Assembly: GCF_963506605.1 (NCBI RefSeq)
Contig: NC_083286.1
Span: 24,118,001-24,182,000, forward strand
Length of the DNA stretch: 64,000 bases
Origin: Zootoca vivipara
Taxonomy: Eukaryota
Direction: 5' to 3'
This document shows positions 38,736-49,864 of this stretch, in pieces. Below the pieces are notes generated by a model. That model searched no databases. It was not told the DNA's origin and was given only the letters and a program-made list of their open reading frames with translations. A program made the translations under genes and the position numbers. Every line of letters begins with the position of its first letter. Within the stretch, counting starts at the first letter, position 1.

Positions 38736-39347
38736 TGTGATGGCCTGAGACTCGGACTCGGACTCAGAGCCGGAGGAATCACAGCCTGTACTGGACCCTC
38801 TGCCCAGAACATTGGCTGAACCTAGTCTGGGGCCTGTTTCTGAAGAGCCTCAGTCTGCTCAGGCTCCCCTGCAACAAGGACCAGCTGGGCAGAGTCAGGG
38901 GCCTGAGCCTGTCCTGGCTCCAGGTGCTGAGAATACCTCATTGTCGACAGCTGGTCCACTACCAGCTAGATCAGGAGAGGCTGAGGTGGCTCCTGGGTCC
39001 AGTAACCCTCCGGCGTCTCCCGAGCTGCAGAGACTCAGGGCTGAGAGGAGGCAAGACCTGAGTACTTGCAGGAGGAGTGCTCGCCTTCAGGCAAGGCAGG
39101 GTGGTGAGTCATCGGTGGATCGGGACCAGCCATTACCTCGTCAGAGATAAAAGGTGGTTAGACCCCGCCCCAGGTTGCGGGAGAAACATTGCTATTTGCC
39201 AGATCCTGCCTGTGTTCCTGCTCCCAACCTTGTCTAGTTTCCTGCCCTGCACCCTGCCTCAGCTTCATTGGACTGACCCCTCGTTGATTCCTTAGACTTT
39301 GGACCGACCCTGGACCTCACCTCTTGGATTACCCTTGGACCAGCACA
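38736..39347 (+). mobile_element. Solo LTR (probably Gypsy-type) with internal ORF
   Basis: TGTG...CACA termini and 5-bp TSD CTTCT (38731 and 39348). Frame 38740-39150 has a single early TGA. Confidence 0.82.
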
Positions 39348-39421
39348 CTTCTCTTGCTGTGTTGGGGGAAATGATCTGTGTCACAAGACCAGCACAACTC
39401 CAGCATTGTGACCCTCTACAA

Positions 39422-39557
39422 CAGGCATAGGCAAACTTGGCCCTCCAGGCGTTTTGGGACTACAATTCCCATCATCCCTAGCTAACAGGACCAGTGGTCA
39501 GGGATGATGGGAGTTGTAGTCTCAAAACATCTGGAGGGCTGAGTTTGCCTATGCCTG
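39422..39557. mobile_element. Palindromic hAT MITE
   Basis: TIR CAGGCATAGGCAAACT, 8-bp TSD CTCTACAA. Confidence 0.92.
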
Positions 39558-41259
39558 CTCTACAAGACCAAAAATCGCCACGACTGTAACAACTACCATT
39601 GAATCTCCCTGCTGAATACTGTGGGGAAAGACTTTGTTCATGTAGTTCTCAACAGATTAGAGTCACTCGCTGACGTGGTCTATCCTGAGTCACAATGCAA
39701 CTTCAGATCTCTGAGGTCAAAAGTCAACAAGATTTTCTCACTGCACCTGCAGCAAGAGAAATGCCAAGAGCAGAGATGCCCCTTCTACATCGAGAATAGC
39801 ATTTGCCGCTTGACAATGTTAGGATTGCAGCCTAAGACAGGAAGAAAGCAAAGCAAAACTAGAAAAAGAAAAAAGGGGGGGCGTAGTATGTCACTGTTTT
39901 TCTTCCTAGCCCTTCAGTTCTGTGACCGATCTGGTCTAGTATCCTGTTCTAACAGTGACCAACTAGATTCCTATGGAAAATCCAGGAGCAGGATCTGGGT
40001 GGAACAGTATTGTCCCCGCTTGTGAGTCTTAGCAATTGGCATGCAGCCTTCAAATCACACTGCACTCCTTCAGTGGGATTGCTTTGGAGTAAATGGTCTG
40101 AATATTTAAGCCTCAGAGTATGAAGGAATCCTGACATGACCTTTCTCTTTATCCTGTTGTCTTGAATGTCCTTCACTAAATCAACATTGAATTTCAAGTA
40201 TTATTAAGCAAGTTTGGTAATCAGAGGTAGACACTGATTTTTAAGGTCAAGTTAATTACTTGGGAGAGTTTAAAATTAACTGGATTCATTACTCTTTAGT
40301 TTTGAAAACAAAATAATAAGGAAATTGGGACAGCTACAGTTTGCAAATGATGTTGTTGCATTTCATTATAAAAAGAGCTACCATTTTCTAATTGCCTGGG
40401 AATTAGAAGAACAACCTAAGAAAATTAGATTAGATTAAAGTACTCCCAGATGTTTTCATTGGTCACTGCCCTGTTATTAATAGAAAAAGAAGCTTTGAAA
40501 ATTATTTGACAATTAGAAACAAATTAGAATAAGAAATTGTATCTTCTACTCAGAGACATCCCTGGGATATATAACTCAAAATGAAAGGGATCTTATTATC
40601 ACTGTGTTATATTCACAGAGCAGAGAAATGTTTACTCAGATCATGGTACGTAACCTTTTTCATGGGTTTTGGAAATCAAAATTATGTTGACGGATGCCAG
40701 TTACTGAGTTATAAGCTTAGTAATACACACAAGAAAATATTGTTGTCCTTCTTATAATAGGAAAATAAATAACCTCAAGAATTGCCACCAATATTCTATA
40801 TGTATTATATATCAAAACTATTTATACTTAAATGCTTAATGGGTTTAATGAAAGTTTTGATGAGTTTTTCATGATTCACTTAGATGGCTAATTAAATCAA
40901 GAATAAGTGATGTAATCAGGGATGCTATTTAAATAGCAAATGAGTTTTTGAGAAAGGATATGGTTCGTTTGACGTCTGTCATGGATAATCTCATATCTCA
41001 GGCCGCTGATCTGTGTTATCCAGCTGCTTAAACAGAGTTTGGGTGGATTCGCCAGAGTGACTCTGATTACTGACAACCTGTGTCTATGCTTAGTGATTTG
41101 CATATTGCCAACATATAAATTAAGGATTATAAAACTTAAGTTAGCAATCCAGTTCACAATAATCACAAGCATACATCTCAGGTAAAACACATATCCACAT
41201 ACTTCAGGAGTCCATACAGTATTGTAGTTGTTTAAATCAATACATGGGATCTTTTAGTA

Positions 41260-41261
<2 letters not shown>

Positions 41262-41297
<36 letters not shown>

Positions 41298-41410
41298 TAT
41301 TTATACCCCACCCATCTGGCTGAGTTTCCCCAGACACTCTGGGCAGCTTCCAACAGAACAGAACATTAAAATGGCAACAATCTATTAAACATTAAAAGCT
41401 TCCCTAAACA
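41262..41410 (-). mobile_element. L2-type 3' end with AAT-rich microsatellite
   Basis: TTTATACCCCACCCATCTGGCTGAGTTTCCCCAGACACTCTGGGC is the reverse complement of the L2 3' end at about 47990-48035. Confidence 0.65.
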
Positions 41411-41504
41411 TAAAATCATATTTGAAGTTCAGTGACATAGCATGCTACAGAGGTTATGGAAATTTGAAGAAAGGTGCAAAAGTGTGCATATGAACCTACC
41501 CAGT

Positions 41505-41880
41505 CCCTGAAATCATCTTCTGAGGCCCTTCTTTGTGTGCCTCCTCCTCGAGAGGTCTGGAGGGTGGCAATACGAAAACGGGCCTTCTCTGCAGTGGCTC
41601 CCCATCTATAGAATGCTCTCCCCAGGGAAGTTCGCCTGGCACCTTCATTATATACCTTTAGGTACCAAAACGTTCCTTTTTATCCGGGCCTTTGGTTGAT
41701 GTGATTGATATCCTATGCCCTTTTAAAATGTGTGTGTGTGTGGGGGGGGAGGTGTTATTGGGTTGTTGTTGTTTTTTCGATTATGTATTTTGTGGTTATA
41801 TATTTTTATTTTATTCTGTATACCGCCCTGACACCTCCAGGTATAGGGCATATATAAATAAAAATAATAAAAATAATAAT
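41505..41880 (+). mobile_element. L2-type LINE 3' fragment
   Basis: RAFSAVAP..NALPREV-like remnant ending GGCATATATAAATAAAAATAATAA. Confidence 0.65.
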
Positions 41881-42198
41881 TGAAAACAATTTATGTTGAG
41901 GCTCTGTGAAATAGGAGGAAGAAATGTTTATCTCCTTTTGTCATCTGATGCTTCTTTGTTCAAAGTTAACCATAAAAATCTGTGTTCCTGTAATGGGTAT
42001 ATAATGTGTTTCTAAGAGTAGGCAGAAATTTGGAACCCAGGATGGGGGAGCAGTTGTGAGGCACAATTTGGAATGTTGAGTTGTTAAGCACAGGGTTGTT
42101 TAGTGCGGACTTGCAGTTCTGACCCATTTTCCACTGCAGTTTGGACTCCAACAAAAAGCTATGTTCTTAATCTCCTTCCATTGTGGCAGAAGTTTACT

Positions 42199-42449
42199 GG
42201 AGAGCCATTGTGGTGTAGTGGTTAAGAGCGGTAGACTCGTAATCTGGGGAACCGGGTTCGTGTCTCCGCTCCTCCACATGCACCTGCTGGGTGACCTTGG
42301 GCTAGTCACACTTCTTTGAAGTCTCTCAGCCCCACTCACCTCACAGGGTGTTTGTTGTGGGGGAGGAAGGGAAAGGAGATTGTGAGCCACTTTGAGACTC
42401 CTTCGGGTAGTGATAAAGCGGGATATCAAATCCAAACTCTTCTTCTTCT
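42199..42449 (+). mobile_element. tRNA-derived CORE-type SINE with (CTT)n tail (Squam3-like)
   Basis: GTGGTGTAGTGGTTAAGAGC A box, GGGTTCG B box, GCTGGGTGACCTTGGGC core. Paralog at 50698. Confidence 0.8.
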
Positions 42450-42877
42450 ACATAATTGGTTACTTAATCATTTACTTTGTTAGGTTATTCCATTCCACAC
42501 ATTTCAATTGAAAGAAAACACAGGGCAAATTGGGGTAGGGGAGTCATCTGTTACCCAGCTTAGCTATCAAGAGCCATTGTGGTGCTGTGGTTAGAGCATG
42601 GGTAGGCAAACTAAGGCCCGGGGGCCGGATCTGGCCCAGTCGCCTTCTAAATCCGGCCCACAGATGGTCCGGGAATCAGTGTGTTTTTACATAAGTAGAA
42701 TGTGTCCTTTTATTTTAAAATGCATCTCTGGGTTATTTGTGAGGCATGCCTGGTGTTTTTACATGAGTAGAATGTGTGCTTTTATTTTAAATGCATCTCT
42801 GGGTTATTTGTGGGGCATAGGAATTTGTTCATCATTATTATTTTTCAAAATATAGTCTGGCCCCTCAAAAAGGTCTG

Positions 42878-44971
42878 GGACTTCCGGTCTGTCGCGGCGG
42901 AGAGAAGGACGCAGGGACTTCGCGCGCCGAAGTCCCTGGCTTCGCGGAGGGGGGGGAAGTCCGCAGAGCGAGCGGACTCCCCGTAAAAGCACCGGGTAGA
43001 GAGTCCCGGTGACTCACGCGCCCAGCGGCTGCTCCATTTTGCGGATCCCCCGCTGCCCGAGAGCTCAGTAGAGCGATCGAGAGCCGGCGGGGTGGAACCG
43101 CGGGAGCCATTTTGGGCTTAATCTTACCTCCGAGAAGTGAAGCTCCGAGTCCTGACCCGGCAAGCGGCAGATTCTTCCGAACAAAGTTAAAGGTTTCCAT
43201 AAAGTAAGTGGAATTTTGATTACGGACTCTAAATTCATTAATTGGAAAAATAGGAGAGACTTTAAAGAAACGGAAATCGGTCTCTTCCTAATGGAAAACT
43301 GGGAGGCGCTTTAAAAAATCTTAAGCCGAACGACGAAAAGTATTTGGAATTGTGGACCCGAGAGAAAGAAAGACTTTTTCGAACCCTCTCAACTCCCGAG
43401 TCCGGCACCCCTTGAGGTACAGCATTATCAAGGGGGAGAGTGCTTTGACAGCTGTCAAAAGCTGTCAAACTGTCAAAGACCGGGTGGATTTATTGCACTG
43501 TTGTGATTAGTAAAAATTGACTGAAAACGTGGTAGAACTATTTAATATTGGAACTAAGAATGGATTTGTGATTGAATCAAAAGACAAAGGAAAAGAACAG
43601 CCAAAATGGAGTCGATCGTCTAAGGAAGGAATTTTCCAGCACCCTTTGTTCTCCACCTCCTGTTTGTCTGCGGTTAGGAAAAGTATGAAAACAAAGTACT
43701 CTCGAGCCTTCCAGGAGGCTGTGCTAAACTATCTACAAATATGGGAGGACATTTACAAGGAACGGCAACATCCCAATTCACCAGCAGCTGAGGTTGAAGT
43801 CCAAGTCCAGGACTTAGAGGAAAATTTGAATTTGGAGACTGTGGAGATTGAGACTGGATGCCAGGAGAAACAATTTGATGAAAATTTTAAAGAGGACTTG
43901 GACTATAAAAAATATGCTTGGGATGAAGCAAAGCATGGACTTCAAAAGGAAGAAAAACAAGCAGAGCAAGAAAATGAGAAGCAAAGGAACTTGAGGTTTA
44001 ATGGACTTGAAGATCCTGGAGGGGTTGGAATGTGGGGTGATGTCAGTGAGGAATGGGAAAGACAGGGGCAGAGGGGGACAAGGGCCTGGAGACGGATATG
44101 GGAAAGAATGGGTGTGGGATGAAAATTTTAGTTAAAAGTTTTACTTTTAGTTTTTGAAAGACGGTTTTCGAAATTTTGGCCTGTTAACGGAAATGCTGAT
44201 CCAATTGGGGGAAAAGACTTAGGGAGAGGAGATGGAGTGTAAAAATGAAAGAAAATAAGCTGGGTTTTCTGGAGGGAGGCATAAGAACGGCTTAGGAAAG
44301 TATTTAAGCTAATGTAAATTTTTGTAAGTTAAGTTAGGTTCTAGGCAGAAAGCTGCCTACTCTCCTCTCCTTACTCTGAGATACTCAGTGGCAGGGAGTG
44401 CTCGGAGGGGTGAGGAGGGGATATAATGGAACCTTGGAAATGCTGTGCCCTACAGGTTCCTCTTGTGGCAGGAGGGGGCCTGTGGGAGGGCGGCACGGAA
44501 AAGGAGGAGGATTGAGTTAATATTATAAGAAAAGGATTTTAAACTGAAATAGAAAACCCGCCATAAGCTTTTAGATTTTGTTTAGGGAAAACCACGAGGA
44601 AGACTATCGAGGAAGTCACAATTATAAGGTTAAGATAATAAGAATTGGGGAGTTAAAATTCTCCCCTATTATTGTTATGTGTATATTTGTTTAAGTATGT
44701 TTATGAAAGAGCTGGGGGAAACCAATCCTCAGAGCTCCTCCATTCCTGTCCCTTCAGTGGCAGGGGGGGGGAGAGGGGGGAGGAGGGAGGGGGGAGGTCA
44801 AACCCAACTTACAATGGACCCCCTTTGATTCTCAAAGCGCACAGGTTTCACTGGTGGCAGAGGTGGACCAGTGGGTGGAGGGAAAACGAAGGGACAGTGT
44901 TGTATTGTATGTTTGTGTAGTTGTGTAGTTTGTTTAGTTTTGTTTGAAAATTAATAAAAAATTATTATAAA
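42878..44971 (+). mobile_element. Non-autonomous L1-dependent retroelement (HAL1-like), apparently full length
   Basis: CpG-rich 5' end starting GGACTTCCGG, one ORF, AATAAA plus A-rich tail, 11-bp TSD AAAAAGGTCTG, no RT or endonuclease. Confidence 0.8.
43517..44122 (+). CDS. Truncated L1 ORF1p-like charged protein (TE-encoded)
   Basis: 201-codon open frame (TTG start, first in-frame ATG at 43685). E/K/Q-rich segment followed by EKQRNLRFNGLED, resembling the ORF1p coiled-coil/RRM junction. Confidence 0.5.
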   Translation: MTENVVELFNIGTKNGFVIESKDKGKEQPKWSRSSKEGIFQHPLFSTSCLSAVRKSMKTKYSRAFQEAVLNYLQIWEDIYKERQHPNSPAAEVEVQVQDLEENLNLETVEIETGCQEKQFDENFKEDLDYKKYAWDEAKHGLQKEEKQAEQENEKQRNLRFNGLEDPGGVGMWGDVSEEWERQGQRGTRAWRRIWERMGVG

Positions 44972-46614
44972 AAAAAGGTCTGAGGGACAGTGGACCGCCC
45001 CCCTCCTGAAAATGTCTGCTGACCCCTGGGTTAGAGAGTCAGACTAGGACCTGGGAGACCAGGGGTCAAACCCTCGCTCAGCTATGAAGCTCACTTGGTG
45101 ACCTTGGGCCAGTCCTAGTTTCCCAGCCTAACTTACCTCACACAGTTGTTGTGAGGAAAAAATGAGGAGGAGAACTAAGTACCGGTATGCCACCCTGAGC
45201 TCCTTGGAGGAAAGGTGGGTTATAAATGTGATCGATTAAAAACAACAACACACCATCCTTTGTGAAATGAAAACAAAAGCAATGAGTACCTATTATATTC
45301 TCTGGATTGATTTCTGTTCCAGATATGGGATAAATAAGTGAACACTCTCAATTTCTAGTCCTGTTTTTGTTTAAATTCTCCAATGCTCCTATTGTGGATG
45401 TACATATGCATTTGTACAAAGAGGTGATGTATTTCAAACAGCAACACATTCAATCAATTCATCTTTTGTTTTGGCTACTAGCTGAAACTGATCATTCTGA
45501 AATTCTTTCACAGCACTGCTCCAGCTCAGGAATCCACACACAGACCCCCAAAGTAAAAAAAGCACATCTGTAGTTTCTCCTGTAGAAGATACAAGCTTAT
45601 CCTCTTGCTAATATTACTCTGGGTAAATAAGTGTATAAATATGTAAATATATACAAATGCGCAAATGCAGAGGTGGAAAGGATCAACATATAAATTTAAG
45701 ATAGCAACCATTAATTTTTAAAAATTTTAGATTACCATGCTACGTCAAGTAGAAATGAAGGTCTTTCTTGGTGTCTACATCTCATATATCTTATGATGAT
45801 GTGCTATACATGAACAGCAGTAGCATTTGCATGCAGATGATATTGTTCTTTATATGAGATCAACCACCATTGATAATTTCAGTGATGGATGACAGTCATT
45901 AATTGATCTGGTACCCAAATGCTTTGTTCAGAGCAAAAATATTAATATTAAATGCCAAGATAAATAATACAGTACAATATTTTCATATGGATCTATGTTA
46001 AACCAGCAGAAAAAAATGACAACATGTTGATTGAGTACTGATGGATTGCCCTTGATTAGGTGAAAGAGCATTCACTTTTGCATCAACAGAACCAGGGCTT
46101 ATATTTAAATAGATTAAATAGTTAGATGAGTTGGTTGTGATCTCCTGTGTAGACTTGGAAAACGATAGTACAAGTCATTTGGAATGTGGGAAGGATACAG
46201 CTGATCTGCTGGTGCCAATAAGAATATTTCAGTTGCTCCAGTGGTCATGACAATACACAGCAGCTGAGGCTTTGGCAGAGAGGGGAAATAGCTAGGCAGA
46301 ATGGACTGTTTAATTAGTCTTCCATGGTATGTTGAACTCTCCAAGCTCTGGTGCTGCAAAGCCATGTAACTGTAGAAGTCTCAGAGCTGGAATAGGCATT
46401 GCGAGCACCATACAGAGTGGAAAATCTGTGCCCTGCATATGTTGGTTGCATTCACAAGGCAGCTTATTCCATTTCCCAAATGTTTTCTAAATTGTTGATT
46501 TCTGCATTATATTTGGGCTTTTGTGTGACTTATGGGAAACTAATAGAATGTTTAGCACTCATTTCAAAGTTATTTGACTCAAGGACAATCAATTTAGCCC
46601 CTTAACCTGGAAAG

Positions 46615-46859
46615 TTCCTGCCAACCTAGCAGTTCTAAAGCACAAAGTGCAAGTAGATAAATAGGTACCGCTCCGGCGGGAAGGTAAACGGCGTTTCCAT
46701 GTGCTGCTCTGGTTCGCCAGAAGCGGGTTAGTCATGCTGGCCACATGACCCGGAAGCTGTACGGCGGCTCCCTCGGCCAGTAAAGTGAGATGAGCGCCGC
46801 AACCCCAGAGTCGTCCGCAACTGGACCTAACGGTCAGGGGTCCCTTTACCTTTACCTTT
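46615..46859 (+). mobile_element. Sauria SINE, 5'-truncated
   Basis: CCTGCCAACCTAGCAGTT..(ACCTTT)n with TSD TTAACCTGGA. Confidence 0.9.
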
Positions 46860-46993
46860 TTAACCTGGATAATAGGTAGCAAGAGTAAAGAGACATAAGT
46901 CAGGATAATATACCGGCATACAGTGCTTTTCTGCTGGTATCATGGGGGAATTATGGGGGGCAAAACTGGAGCATGCATGTGCATAAAGGGTAT

Positions 46994-47049
<56 letters not shown>

Positions 47050-47050
47050 C
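46994..47050. repeat. (AAC)n microsatellite
   Basis: Direct reading of the sequence. Confidence 0.95.
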
Positions 47051-47757
47051 GTTGTCCAGTGATGGTTGCTGTACTACAGTGCGAAAGTAACTTTAGAAAA
47101 CAGGACGAAAGCACTAGCATTATATCCAGGAAAACAAACACACACAAAATCACATACTTCTGACTTCACCTGTTGTTGGATCAACCTGAATCCTAACTCA
47201 CACCAATCCCAGTCAGCATGGCTAACGAGAAGGGTTTATTGAAGTTGTTTTGTTTAAACTGATTTTAATATGGTTGTAACCCACCCTGGGGCCTCATCTA
47301 AATCTAAATTAATAATAGTAGTGGTGGTAATAATAGCAGTAGCAGTAATTGTAGTACAACAGCATATGGCCACAGGTTCCCCACGTGTAAAGTACAAAGA
47401 ATGCTAGAAAAAATGGCCCCCACATAAAGACGTATTCCTGTCATGTCCATAATGTCTAGAAATGGCTATCTTGTCCCTAGTATTCTGTGTTTCCACAACA
47501 GTGACAGGCATCTCTGGACAAGGTAACGATGGTGTGAGATTGGCTGGAAAAATGAAATAAGGCCTTTTCTTGAACAGTACTCCACTGCCTAGGCGGACCC
47601 ATCAAGTGACTTCCCTCATTTCTTTCTGCCAACAGGTGATAAAAAAATGTTTCTTCTACAGAAGCTCTTTTGCTCTTTCATTATGCTCTCTTTTGCATAA
47701 TATATTTTCAATTGTTCATATTACTTTTTGTATTTTTTTAAAAAAATGTTTATAAAT

Positions 47758-48033
47758 AACTGAGATCCAGTGCCGAGGGCCTTCTGGCGGTTCCCTCACT
47801 GCGAGAAGCAAAGCTACAGGGAACCAGGCAGAGGGCCTTTTCGGTAGTGGCACCCGCCCTGTGGAACGCCCTCCCATCGGAGGTCAAGGAGATAAACAAC
47901 TACCTGACATTTAGAAAACACCTAAAGGCAGCCCTGGTTAGGGAAGTTTTTAATCTGTGATATTTTAATGTATTTTGGTATTTGCTGGAAGCCGCCCAGA
48001 GTGGCTGGGGAAACCCAGCCAGATGGGTGAGGT

Positions 48034-48075
<42 letters not shown>
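47758..48075 (+). mobile_element. L2-type LINE 3' fragment with (AAT)n tail
   Basis: Encodes GLLAVPSLREAKLQGTRQRAFSVVAPALWNALP and ends CCCAGAGTGGCTGGGGAAACCCAGCCAGATGGG..(AAT)n. Confidence 0.85.
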
Positions 48076-48387
48076 TTTGATAAATTGTCTTAGCATGAGA
48101 GTAATTAATAGGAAGTTCATAAACTGAATCTATACGTTGAAGCAAGTGAGTTGTGGGGAAGGGGATAAGAAGGAAACAGATGTATGTGGGAGGCCAAACA
48201 TGATGTTTCTGGAAAGGTTAAGGAAGGAAGGAATCCTACTCAGGAAAAGGAACTTTAGTTTCTTGGAATTTTGACATTTTTGTTGAAGACTCCAACACAA
48301 ATGGAAGGACTCCTTGTGATTAAATATATATATTTCAGTTTTAAAGTTAAGAAGAAAGGTTTTAAGGGAGTTAAGCATGCTTACAAG

Positions 48388-48518
48388 CAGTGTTATTTTT
48401 GTAGAAGGTGCCGGAACTCACCATGAACGCCTCCCTTGTTCTCTTATCATGGCAATGGTGTCCACCTGAGAGGTGCCAGAAATGAGTTCCATTGAGTTGC
48501 GGCTGAAGAAAAGCCCTG
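48388..48518. mobile_element. hAT MITE
   Basis: CAGTG...CCCTG termini with perfect 8-bp TSD CTTACAAG. Confidence 0.8.
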
Positions 48519-49864
48519 CTTACAAGAAACTAAAAAGCAGAAAAGGTAAAGGACAAAACCATTACTGTTCTTCATTGTCATCTCAGGGGATGGTAATCGC
48601 GTCGGGTAAATTGGGATGTGATCTCAGCTTTTAGGGATTCATTTCAAAACATATTCAGGATCTTCAGCCTTACACTGGAAGGAGATGGAGAAATTTCAAA
48701 AAGTAATGATCTCCAGGGAGGAAACTGCAGGAAACACAGATTATAGAGCAGCATCACCATCAAATTCAGAGATGGGTATTCCTCTGCCCTTGCAAGAGTA
48801 AAGGTGAAGGCCAACAACAGGATAAAGAAAAGAAAATAGAGTGGATAAAAAGCCATGAGACGAAATACATTTTTGAGATTAAATGTTGAGCTTCTTTATT
48901 TTATGTAATCTGCTCAGTATCATGCACTGTTTGCTAATCCTCTTGCCTAATGCTCAATAAGTGAATTTGTCCAGCAGTCATAATGAAGTTGGCTTAATTT
49001 CCTCCCACCTCTTTAACATTTATCAGCATTCTCCCCCCTAAAAAAGCTTCATTCCTGTTGTCAGAGTGCTTTTTAATATAAATATCTGCACTTATTTGTC
49101 ACAGTGGTATTTAGAGAACCTAATAGATAAGGAATAATCATGCATCTACAAATAATACATACAGAAATGTTAATAAGGCTCCAGAGGTCATCATTCATGC
49201 AACTATTAACATTAAAATAAAGACATTGTTTTCTTGCAATCCAGTACATCTGGCGCTCATATTTAAAAGTTTACAAGAGACTGTGGGGGCAATCTACAAA
49301 TGCAGTTACCCACATCAAGTCATTTCAGTGGGATTTCTACTATGCATGTGGTAATGAAATAAATAAAGTACAGCAGTGGTTCTTAATTGACTGATGCTCC
49401 TCTAATTTGTACTTTATGGTTAGTGGCTATTTTGTATTTTGTCCCACCCTGCTTGAAGGAAGGAGGAATGAAGTGCCTCTGGTGCTAACAGAGAAGTTAG
49501 TGAATGGGAAAATAGGATAACGGGATAGAGGTACTTGTCTGCCTTTCAAGGAAGGCATTGTCTCTTCACCAAGGAGTGGCCAATCATCACCGTCAGTGCT
49601 TTGAGCATGGGATGATGGAGCTGTTTCATGATACTGGCAGCTAGGAACACTTTTTTGTTGTTTTTGAAAGAAGCGGGAGGGATACAACTTGGTTTGGGAT
49701 GACTTGCAAACTTGCTTGGCCTTAGCTGACACGTCAATGCAAGCAGGGAGACATTTAAGCATAGGCTACTTGGGTCAGCACACTCCTCAGTTGACGACTG
49801 CCATTACATACCATCCAACATTTTGGGAGCGCAAGTCGGGACACACACCCCATCATGCCCACCT

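Larger units (their letters stand above)
38635..39795 (+). mobile_element. Old RTE-clade LINE RT fragment interrupted by a solo LTR and a hAT MITE
   Basis: Collinear remnants GKALGQDGISTEVIK..LLAHLH, IVTLYK..DCNNY and VYPESQCNFR..QEKCQEQRCPFYI. Confidence 0.75.
42597..45028. mobile_element. hAT MITE carrying a 2.1-kb retroposed insert
   Basis: CATGGGTAGGCAAAC...GCTGACCCCTG termini, 8-bp TSD GGTTAGAG. Arms are homologous to 26093-26341. Confidence 0.85.
42571..45240 (+). mobile_element. Older CORE-type SINE split into 42571-42596 and 45029-45240 by a hAT MITE
   Basis: Head GAGCCATTGTGGTGCTGTGGTTAGAG resumes after the TSD as AGTCAGACTAGGACCTGGGAGACCAGGGGTCAAA..GGTGACCTTGGGCCAGTC. Confidence 0.75.

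Noticed and set aside
44380-44400. Iron-responsive element (CAGUG loop) or H/ACA snoRNA reading of the hairpin modules
   Set aside because: No 5-bp upper stem with a bulged C, and H and ACA boxes are not present consistently in both modules.
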